Positions 30,601 through 36,251 of a DNA stretch of 57,108 nt are shown piece after piece. The stretch is taken from the NCBI GenBank assembly GCA_964495965.1, contig CAZBXX010000001.1:1-57108 (forward strand). Direction: 5' to 3'. The DNA comes from an uncultured Oscillospiraceae bacterium. Lineage in GTDB: Bacteria > Bacillota > Clostridia > Oscillospirales > Oscillospiraceae. The first letter of the stretch is position 1, and each line of letters opens with the position of its first letter. A program made the position numbers and the translations under genes. Below the pieces are notes generated by a model. The model made no database searches and was not told the DNA's origin. It was given only the letters and a program-made list of their open reading frames with translations.

Positions 30601-33600
30601 TCCATCGCCTTGACCATTTTCTTCTTGCCGCCTTCGCCGCGCTTCATGGACGCCATCGGCGGGTAGAGCTTGCCGTCAATTTCCAGGAACGATTTATACG
30701 TTTTCACGATCTTCCCGGCCCGCTCCTGCTCGTCCAGGAACTTCAGCGTCTCTTCGTCTTCCACGAATCTGGACCACTGCGTTCCGCTTGCGATCCCGGC
30801 AGCTTCTTCCGCCGCCACCGGATCTTCCATATTGACTTCCCGGGCAGCATCTGCTATACTGGCATTAGAAGCGGTGGGTACCCCAGTGAGCTCCCCTTGA
30901 TTGGGTCGAGTACGGGGTGACGCCGCTTTGATTTTGTCGTTCAGCGTCAGCTGCAGGCTGTATACAAACTCTCCGTCGGCCTTCCTGCGCACGTTTGCGA
31001 GAAGGTCGAATACTCTTCCGTCGATCTGTACGGTCTTTACAAAATAATCCCAGCGATTCACGCCTCTGTGCGCTCTGGTGTTTTTGCCGGTCTCCGGGCT
31101 GCTATTCCGGTAAGTCGCGTTTTCCACCAGGTCAAAGATAGCGCCGTCTGCTCCGGTGTTGATTTTTGCGTCAATCCCGGCTTGGTCGGAATGCCTGTCG
31201 CCGTAGATGTTCTTTCTCAGATCGTCAGCCGCAAACTTTGCATAGTATGCGTGCCCGTTCCGAATAAACTTGGCAGTCCGCCCGCGGTATTCATTCGTCA
31301 TCAGGTCCATAAACATCTGCTTCCGCTGCTTCCACGGCAGCTTCCGCACTTCTTCAGACGTCTCATAAACCTCGATGCCGTCCTCCCGGGTCCCGATCTT
31401 CATAAACTGCGTCCCGGCCTGCATCGCCGCGCCCACGGTCTTCGCCGCCTGGTAGTTCTCCGCCGCGCCCAGGATGCCCCGGTCCCAGATCTCCTGCAGC
31501 GTGTTCAGCTCGCCCTTCATGGCCTTCACGGCCGCAAAGAGGCTGTGGTCCTCTTCGGTGTTCACCTCGTCAAAGGCAGCGCGGATCCGCCCGCCGATTT
31601 CCCGCAGGGAATCCGCGATCTTCTCCGCCGCCGTCATCTTTTCCCTGGCCAGCTGCCGGACCGCCTTGCTGTCAAACAGCATGGTCTGGCAGGCGTTGGC
31701 CACCACTTCGTCCAGCGCCTTTTCATAGCTCAGGTTCGGCGCGATGTTCATCTGGTGCTGCACCAGCCGCCGCAGCGTCTCCGGGTTCGTCTTCAGGATC
31801 GTCGTCACGACAAAATCCTTCAGCTCCCGGTACACTTCCGGGTTATACTTCTGCAGGTAGTGCGTCAGCTCGTGGCTCATCGTGGCGCCCACGATAAACC
31901 GCTGCATCCCGTTGACCGTAATATGCCCGGTCATGTTGATATACAGCGTGTCTCCCTGCCAGGCGCCCAGGGCGTTCCCGTATGTCTCCCCGCCGTCAAA
32001 AAACACCACGTCCAGGTCCAGCGCGTCGGCGACAACCTCGCCCAGCGCCGCGGCCTTTTTCTGGTTCACGTTCAGGCTGTTCGGGTCGATGCCCGCCATT
32101 CTGCGGCCGTCGATCACGCCGCCGCCATAGCTCACCGTGCCCTTCTTGCGCTTTCCGGGATGCTGCTCCCGGATTTTTTTGCGCTCCTGTTCCAGCTGCC
32201 GGATCATCTCTTCCGTGTTTCGGATCTCTTCGTTAATTTTCTCCGCCTGCCCGCTCAGCTCCCGGACGTTCTCGCTCTGCGCCGCCGCCGGGGCTGCGTC
32301 CACGGCCTGCTGCACCGTGTCGGTGATCTCCTTCAGCGCGGCCCTGCGCTCTTCCACGTAGTCGCGCATTTCCTTGATGCTCCGGTTCAGCTCCGTCAGC
32401 TCCGGCGCGGCCGCGTCGTTGATCTCCGCCGCCATCTTCTGCAGGTTCCGGAAGGCCGACGCCGCCTGCTGTTCTTTCCCCAGCAGGTCCTGCCGCACCT
32501 GGCTCCCGATTTCGGCAGCCACGGTGATCTGCGCCGGGGTCAGGTAATCGAGCCTGCCCGCCGTCACGTTCCCTTCCTTCGCCTCGCGGTACAGGCTCTG
32601 CAGATCCGCTCCCGCCGCCGCGTACAGGTTCACCGCCTGCTCCATCGCCGTGGCAAAGGTCGCCACGTCCTGCGTCTTCTCATAGGCCGCCGCCGCCTTC
32701 TCCGCCAGCTCCTTGCTCGCGATCCCCGTCAGGCTCGCCCGCACCATCAGCCGCCCGCTGTCGGTGTCGGTATCCACCGTTTTCGCGGGTCCGATCTGCG
32801 CGTTCCGGCCAAGCGCCCAGGCGATCTTCGCCTGCGGCTCCGTCACGCCGTCCTTCAGGGCCGCGCTCTCGCTGTAGGCTTTGAAGCTCATGCCCCTCTG
32901 CCCGAATTCGTAGGCTTCCTTCATCCCGTAGGCGTAGGGGACAAAGTTCTGGCTCTCTTCCCGCGCCGCAGTGATCTGCTCCACTTCCGCGTCGCTCAGC
33001 TCAAAGGCGCCGAGCGCCCGCTCGTCGCTGAAGATGCTGCGGGTCAGTTCCGGCCCCTGAATCAGATTCTTTGCCAGCTGTGCGCTCGCCCGCTCGGTTC
33101 CTTTTACGGTCCCGCTCATCAGGTTCGTTTCCGCCTGCCGTGCGTTCTGCACGCCTTCGGTCGTTGCGGTCACGTTGGTGAGATACACTGCCACCTGCAT
33201 CAGCGCAAAGCCTTCGTCTTCCGAAAGCTCCACGCCGGTGAGTTCCTGAAACTGTTTTTTCAGCTTGTTGTTGGTTGAAATCCGCTGCGCCGCTTTATAG
33301 GTTGCGACGTCCACGCCGAGGTTTTTTGCCTGCTGCACAATGCTCGGCTGCCCGACAATCGCGCCAACCGGGTTTGCATAAGTGCTCGCGCCGCCCAGCG
33401 CACCGGCAAGGCCGCCCAGCAGTCCGTCATACAGCAGCTGCCCGTCGCCCCAGACGTCGGCGGCAAAGTCTCCGACCTTCTGCATGAAGGTCCGGTCCTC
33501 TCCACGCCCGGTTACTTCTCCGATTTTGAAGATCCGGTCCATAATCGGGTTCAGAATATCCGCCAGCATTTCCTCTGTGGCCTCGCTGCCGAACGTGGAT

Positions 33601-35003
33601 GCCAGCGTACCGATCAGCTCGCTTCCGGTCTTCTCAGCTACCCATTTGTCCAGCTTGCCAAAGAAAGCATCGCCGTAACCGGTACCGCGCCACGAACCAC
33701 CGACACCGCCCAGCAGTTCTGTTCCCACTTCGACGGCAGCCCGCGCTCCACCGGTAACAACTTGTTTCCGCAGGCTCTCTCCGCGGTTTTCCGCTTCCTG
33801 CGCGGATGATCCGAATACCCGGAGCCCCATCATAATCAGGCTGGCCTCTCCGAAAGCGCGGTCAAACAGCTGCTCTACCGAGGTCTTCTCAAGGTCCAGC
33901 ACCAGCCGTCCGAGCCAGTTGGATGATTCCCTCATGGCACTGAACGCCGTACCGGTCAGTCCGCTCCCTGCGTTCTGCAGGTAGTTGGCCACCTGATAAA
34001 TGGACGCTGCCTTCCCGATCCCGCTGCTGAGCTGCCCGCCGCTGACGGCATCCGCAATCGTCAGTCCGCTGTTTGCCAGCGACAGTCCGTAGTCTGCCGC
34101 CGTGATCCCGGCATTTGACAGCATCTTCTGCCCGAAGCTCTTGTTCTCATAATTCTGCAGGTACGCGTCCGTCGTCTGCTGCGTCATGCTCCCGTCAACG
34201 GCATAGGTTGGTATGCCATAGGTGCTCGCGATCAGCTGTGCGGCCTGATTGCTTTCCTGCGTGCGCTCGTGCCAGTTATCAACCTCTTCATCCCCGGTCA
34301 TCTGCAGCGGGGTGCTGAATCGTTCCTTGGCATACTGAAAATTCTGTTTTGTGTCCGTGACGGTTTTTCTCAGCACATCACCGGTGCTCGCGCTTTTGTC
34401 CAGACCGTGCACTTCGGCCAGAGAAACGCCCTTGGCTTTCTTGTATATGGGGCGTCCTGCCAGCCATGACCAGAACGGTGCCTCTTCCAGCTCGTAGTCC
34501 AGCCCGTAGGCTTCCTTTGCTTCCTGCGCGCTCTGCGGGTTCCTGCGCTTCTCCCGCGCAAGTTTTTCCGCCTCGGTCATCTTGGCGTCTTCAACCTCGG
34601 TGCGCTTCGTTACATAGTTCTTCGCATCCCGGGCCATGTTCAGCAGCGTCTGCCACGCGCTGACTTTTCCATTCTCGTCAAACGCAAACACGGAGCCCTT
34701 GGCTTTTTCCGCCTGATTCTGAGCCTGCTTCAGCTGCGCCGCCGTCATCTGGGGCCCTATCTGGTATGCCGCGTTTCCGACTGTCCTCTGCAGCGCCATT
34801 CTCTGCCGTGCGGCTTCCTGCGCGGCCTTCCATGCCTCGCTCTGAAACTGCTCCGTATAATCGTAAAACTGTCCGCCTGCAAGCCGGTTCAGATAGTCCT
34901 CTCTGCTCGCGCCGCCCTGGCTCTGCCCGTAATTCTGCTGTGAAGAGCCGTTTGCAGCCGTCTGCTGTGCTACCGATCTCAGAAGGTCTTCTGCTGTAAC
35001 CAT
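21663..35003 (-). CDS. giant 4,446-aa multi-module virion-associated protein (candidate ejected/polyvalent protein)
   Basis: Single uninterrupted 13,341-nt frame with an AAGGAGA RBS 8 nt upstream of the ATG. It contains HELTH (aa 1044-1048), EEIQSD (aa 2717-2722), long coiled coils, a Gly-zipper segment and two C-terminal EF-hand-like repeats. It sits between internal-protein-like genes and the tail fibre. Confidence 0.8.
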   Translation of the reverse strand: MVTAEDLLRSVAQQTAANGSSQQNYGQSQGGASREDYLNRLAGGQFYDYTEQFQSEAWKAAQEAARQRMALQRTVGNAAYQIGPQMTAAQLKQAQNQAEKAKGSVFAFDENGKVSAWQTLLNMARDAKNYVTKRTEVEDAKMTEAEKLAREKRRNPQSAQEAKEAYGLDYELEEAPFWSWLAGRPIYKKAKGVSLAEVHGLDKSASTGDVLRKTVTDTKQNFQYAKERFSTPLQMTGDEEVDNWHERTQESNQAAQLIASTYGIPTYAVDGSMTQQTTDAYLQNYENKSFGQKMLSNAGITAADYGLSLANSGLTIADAVSGGQLSSGIGKAASIYQVANYLQNAGSGLTGTAFSAMRESSNWLGRLVLDLEKTSVEQLFDRAFGEASLIMMGLRVFGSSAQEAENRGESLRKQVVTGGARAAVEVGTELLGGVGGSWRGTGYGDAFFGKLDKWVAEKTGSELIGTLASTFGSEATEEMLADILNPIMDRIFKIGEVTGRGEDRTFMQKVGDFAADVWGDGQLLYDGLLGGLAGALGGASTYANPVGAIVGQPSIVQQAKNLGVDVATYKAAQRISTNNKLKKQFQELTGVELSEDEGFALMQVAVYLTNVTATTEGVQNARQAETNLMSGTVKGTERASAQLAKNLIQGPELTRSIFSDERALGAFELSDAEVEQITAAREESQNFVPYAYGMKEAYEFGQRGMSFKAYSESAALKDGVTEPQAKIAWALGRNAQIGPAKTVDTDTDSGRLMVRASLTGIASKELAEKAAAAYEKTQDVATFATAMEQAVNLYAAAGADLQSLYREAKEGNVTAGRLDYLTPAQITVAAEIGSQVRQDLLGKEQQAASAFRNLQKMAAEINDAAAPELTELNRSIKEMRDYVEERRAALKEITDTVQQAVDAAPAAAQSENVRELSGQAEKINEEIRNTEEMIRQLEQERKKIREQHPGKRKKGTVSYGGGVIDGRRMAGIDPNSLNVNQKKAAALGEVVADALDLDVVFFDGGETYGNALGAWQGDTLYINMTGHITVNGMQRFIVGATMSHELTHYLQKYNPEVYRELKDFVVTTILKTNPETLRRLVQHQMNIAPNLSYEKALDEVVANACQTMLFDSKAVRQLAREKMTAAEKIADSLREIGGRIRAAFDEVNTEEDHSLFAAVKAMKGELNTLQEIWDRGILGAAENYQAAKTVGAAMQAGTQFMKIGTREDGIEVYETSEEVRKLPWKQRKQMFMDLMTNEYRGRTAKFIRNGHAYYAKFAADDLRKNIYGDRHSDQAGIDAKINTGADGAIFDLVENATYRNSSPETGKNTRAHRGVNRWDYFVKTVQIDGRVFDLLANVRRKADGEFVYSLQLTLNDKIKAASPRTRPNQGELTGVPTASNASIADAAREVNMEDPVAAEEAAGIASGTQWSRFVEDEETLKFLDEQERAGKIVKTYKSFLEIDGKLYPPMASMKRGEGGKKKMVKAMEVGRWEESVGDPSKVTVKPGEKYGHLDIFKDNGKPTRVAYNPYQHSSNLMLNDQFSEAYNRPNLVTYECIIPESELTSGYRAQYAKDAVGRLPWKAGKVASQIAKAKGLKRDVYLSRWLKPVRKVPEAEVAQHYKELLDGTDIAVPSNVVPPALLRALEEAGVKIEYTEQAPKTQFMMAGEVEETDRLIAVHNKTYSGLRRMIMRGGVPYPSVAIKKAGDVHNHFGPVSIIFPRRSIDPKVNRRNRIYGGDAWTPTEPRVEYEADYRKLNSIKDRLRKELGNAYYALRVDTRLDTQLVEQSLGQKEGDVFEALKSTDALKYAYMRSIGQEPELPTKVKTLDGFGRYSNKKLLAIFDAISEEEIENATYDNEGFRQKVADVLNRQAVEEAREETDRLRKTVEKTGKFKRALKDQEDKLRYLEKAPLYKTGNVHVGAIQDAFRTWRDDGRKEVQIPDSGELESVLRKNTEIEEDPKYRAWLEELFNGVIVDSGLRNNKDPFTPSGNRRSFQQLHVPATLENTVAIMDQENEKGISAFGVNLIGAGMKDFGSVEEARADVGRLYDGHVDDDVFYGQKEALNDRLHELVRAAAKDERWETTDSTREILLEAVRDSKTKQQMDRKLRKEAQWINYDPALTDELWQLAEDTRNINVPYFEAKMRRVATLDEPLAYIVEDSAETEHADLLKQMRDLGLNVLTYKAGDIEDRRRVINSVEGAQFQQVNDDQVSMDEWTGGDYSRADTRAGWSKEFRGRIRTAEQAQARVREFVSGLNDADFGVLAGLLNEEIAPEGVTREELGERLAEMLSAKAYRTGNEYGAGTIYGAEDVLDILSRFSEQQQVGRKRTRTFELMEALLGSAGNRLRSRYVSEAYSAESPGKGRGTIENGAYRTVNIPGSKGRTEARNADFDKWYRRRHPSLYYPGYVPGDLFTGARKTDEPASMFYARMDAAANNVQKEKDHLHKLLDGDRLLPEDRAEAQEFLNRLNSYRNQREVFCQQADDAHNGWAPVFYSKLRNTVDEWTNPKGRPMPDKMAGNAVIPWLRGKGVKAEEIRWAGLQPWLEGRKSVTKAEVQEFLQGNDLNIETQILDDREKEKLLREGYQRDPIANEEYNTREEFEQAMREAHGDSVTFEETEELPEGEDILAETEGPYYVAKVGSVIVGYSERMDVDPYDLEDNMFPNGARWGDYRLESGENYREILFRMPELDYTNNAMATHWGHTERSGYGIIAHARVQDFEAFETEFGEHAGRMLFVEEIQSDLHNEGAQTGYRTEDTERQYKEAERALREAETLNRRMGDEADRLAEELYARVKASGKKMPGVSADSISDWLIGLEESPIYNPNFFDNDPEVLREGAIAETQIMAMMTADEIELKKKATEARAEMRKAKTKALSLSVKNSSAPPDVPFAGSADTYHEYVMKHLMRMAAEDGYDVVGWTTAKQQEERWSSSYAEGYRIEYDQKLPKFMGKYTKQWGGRVETLGVNPGGRIDGYDEVWGVRITDAMRKDVLEVGQPLFQHADDSYDDTAPEESGREIAYTMYRSQAEILGELFAGTRELTRGAKLSIGEIQKRLNIGKTPEVRTSDARKMAKAFISEYSGTSNVDEVAAKIKAMGDYLVQAADVQPTVILEMAREIAADVVENAQVTDETVTADETILSIAGRIAGSRENPTKFVLDNPEHIHDAGGYESIQEFNRAHLGFKVSVTGSESKAYRQNPAEYTNIDAFYSELQNDYGENYFPQVNNEGEQLEIMSQLLQASRKQETVNPFEAYMGEAVESAAIRLAHDVMMDEVLLPDREALRLDPMTRNERMQARNKELGQKIRELTKEKKLTEKEAGKLYTQIAKLNEKLAKAEEKYQALQERASERVAQVQAEGRARAAERVAKEKARSAKKNRALKEHYQDVQKRAKERREESAGVTKYRAQVTEKANRLYTMLMKNDNKTHVPEVLKAPLAEFLSELDFTSKRALRGGAETRNDQAFAARLQQLQQLLQNQQRYIDGDGSVETDLGGYVDISQDSLDFLRNTAGMITRAMADGRTYTINSMTAAELKQLSNFLSNLYAAIRNMNSFMANARFESVREAAAGDWEHMNRLGRARATAGTALSRFAAWENGTPYYVMKRYGEGGKAIFEGLTKGWEKMAFNAQKIINFTENLYTDREVNRWKKEQHTFTLADGSRITMTTAQIMELNGLVGRQQALQHIQKGGIRIGDIKLKTGEVHDTTHYHLTAMEIREIVGSLTARQAEVAKALQLYMAAEGAKLGNEISMRRFGYNFYTEGESYYPIRTDANDRPMADTDAQTNSMFRLLNLSSSKALNPKASNALIVGDIFDTFSEHMGDMAKLNGMGLPILDAIKWFNYKERVDLEDGTYDTKTIQSAMEQAFGSKALSYFRTLMKDINGVTESGDRGMNLPGKLMSNYKIAAVGANLRVAMLQPTSYLRAMTVLKPQNLIGVLPSVAAYREAMKYSGTAVWKALGYYDTDISKGMRGQIAHADTVKDKLAEASMTLAEKGDQLTWSMLWTACKRQVRARDGKLSHEELMEKTADLFREVVYSSQVMDSTLTRSEIMRGKTTFTKMASAFMAEPTLSYNILLDAVSEYSLDARKNGKAGAWVRNSGKIGKAFTVYVCSAAFSAVVESIADAMRDDDDEEFWEKFRQALWGEDGKWMRGNMAQDMTILGKLPFIKNFISTLQGYSSGDMSVTAFNNLLNVCEIWKETIELSTGKLDKATKVTYYGKMTQWGKVYKTLQALSQLSGLAVSNLTRDVTAIWNTVMNGRKDEWKIRTYDGNALKPEKEAAWKELLEPLGITKNKYQAMLGDADASGNNSVTQDEMGEYLKAEVDAGSLTKQQADAIWKAQGWAESHDYDWWLGGKKSGSSSGSKSGTGSKSGSSGSQANTAVTDYDSFSKAAPLYGGDKKQATYAAKPAGMSLQQYTEMLKRADTDNNGSLKQDELGYVLRDAVQGGRMSWDDAVRVWAAQGWSHDLSWWAAKHP

Positions 35004-35024
35004 GTTCGGTTTCTCCTTGTCCTG

Positions 35025-36233
35025 TTATTTGAAGAGGCTCTTAATCTTGTCCAGAAGCGACGTGGCGTTCGATGTCACAGTCGTCGTTTTGGTCGTGGCG
35101 GTGTTGTTCCTGGCCGCGTTCTCCTTCGCCCGCTGCTGCGCCGCGGCCATCTCCGCCGCCGTCTTGGCCGTCGAGCTGTAGGCCCACGCGTTGTTCTCCG
35201 CGTTCTGATCTTCGTAATAGTGGTTCGTGTTCTTGTCGTAGTTTACCGGCGCCGGGTTTACGGAAATCAGGCTGCGCTTCTCTGTTGACGTCAGGTTCGG
35301 ATTCTGCAGGATCGCCGTGTTTGTGGACCACGCGTCCGCGCCGTTGTTCACTGCGTACGCCAGGTCCTCCGCCGCCTGGTACAGGGCGCTGTTCGGGTTC
35401 GACGTCACCCAGGTCCCGCTGCCGCCGCCACCGCCGCCGGAGCCGTAGTTCCCGCCGCCGCCGGACCTGCCGTTTCCACTGGAAGTCACCGTCGGCGTGA
35501 TGCTCCGGTTGTACTCGGCCCGCAGTGCCGACGCCGCCGCCCTGGTCATCCCCGCGGCCGCCAGCTCGTCATCGTCCGGCGTGTAGCCCGACTGCAGGAT
35601 CAGCGCCCGCAGGTTCGCATACGCCTGCTGCTGCCGCTCCCAGGCCGTGTTCTCCTCGGCAATTCTCTGGTTGTAGGCATCAAGCTCCCGCTCATAGGCC
35701 GTCTTGTCTTCGGCGATTCTCCGGTTATAGGCTTCCGCCTCCCGCGCCGCCGCCAGCTGCTGCCCGTACTCCCAGTCGCCCATCCGGTCCCGGTACTCCC
35801 CGTACTCGTTGTCGCGCCGCTGCCCCACCAGGCCGTACAGGTCCTTCAGGTTGTCGCCCTCGTCCTGGTACCTGCCGTAGGCCATCCCGTACAGCTGCGG
35901 GATCACCGCGCTCAGGTTCTGCAGGTAGGCGTCATAGGTCTGCTGCCCCACCTGCTGCCCGTAGGTGCTGCCGTAGCCGCCGGTCAGCGCCGCCGCCTGT
36001 CCCATCGTGTCCTTCATCGCCAGCTTCCCGTTCTGGATGTACTGGTCCTTGTAACTCTGGTACAGCGGGTCCTCGTTCACGTCGTAGCTGAACTTCTCCC
36101 GGTTCTGGATCCGGTCGAACAGGTCGTTCAGCTGCCCCTCATAAGTCCCGGCGTAAACCGGCTTCTCCGCCGTCGCCGCCGCCAGCGCGGTGTTGTATAC
36201 CGCATTGTTGAGCTGTTCTTCTCTTGTTGCCAT
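35025..36233 (-). CDS. low-complexity virion protein (possible internal/ejection protein)
   Basis: 402-aa ORF rich in Gln/Tyr/Gly/Ala. It has the tandem 'AYNRRIAEDKTAYER / AYNQRIAEENTAWER' and the poly-Gly tract 'GGGGNYGSGGGGGGSG'. Confidence 0.5.
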   Translation of the reverse strand: MATREEQLNNAVYNTALAAATAEKPVYAGTYEGQLNDLFDRIQNREKFSYDVNEDPLYQSYKDQYIQNGKLAMKDTMGQAAALTGGYGSTYGQQVGQQTYDAYLQNLSAVIPQLYGMAYGRYQDEGDNLKDLYGLVGQRRDNEYGEYRDRMGDWEYGQQLAAAREAEAYNRRIAEDKTAYERELDAYNQRIAEENTAWERQQQAYANLRALILQSGYTPDDDELAAAGMTRAAASALRAEYNRSITPTVTSSGNGRSGGGGNYGSGGGGGGSGTWVTSNPNSALYQAAEDLAYAVNNGADAWSTNTAILQNPNLTSTEKRSLISVNPAPVNYDKNTNHYYEDQNAENNAWAYSSTAKTAAEMAAAQQRAKENAARNNTATTKTTTVTSNATSLLDKIKSLFK

Positions 36234-36251
36234 TTTGTCCTCTCCTTCCCG

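Noticed and set aside
23631-33278. Very long plus-strand ORFs inside the giant gene (23631-25826, 731 aa; 26832-29006, 724 aa; 31068-33278, 736 aa) and many shorter ones.
   Set aside because: They are antisense shadows of a GC-rich coding region. Their translations are Arg/Pro/His/Leu/Val-rich low complexity with no motifs and no RBS, and they overlap a continuous, motif-bearing minus-strand frame.
21663-35003. The giant ORF as a tape-measure protein.
   Set aside because: At 4,446 aa, the usual length-to-tail scaling would imply an implausibly long tail. No tail tube, sheath or chaperone-frameshift genes accompany it, and it contains multiple globular enzyme-like modules. A tape-measure-like role for the N-terminal Gly-rich part cannot be excluded.
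21663-35003. The giant ORF as an N4-like virion RNA polymerase or a crAss-like two-barrel RNAP.
   Set aside because: I could not find T7-like polymerase motifs or a DxDGD motif. The only similar string, 'YIDGDGS' (aa ~3455-3461), does not match DxDGD. This needs a profile search to exclude formally.
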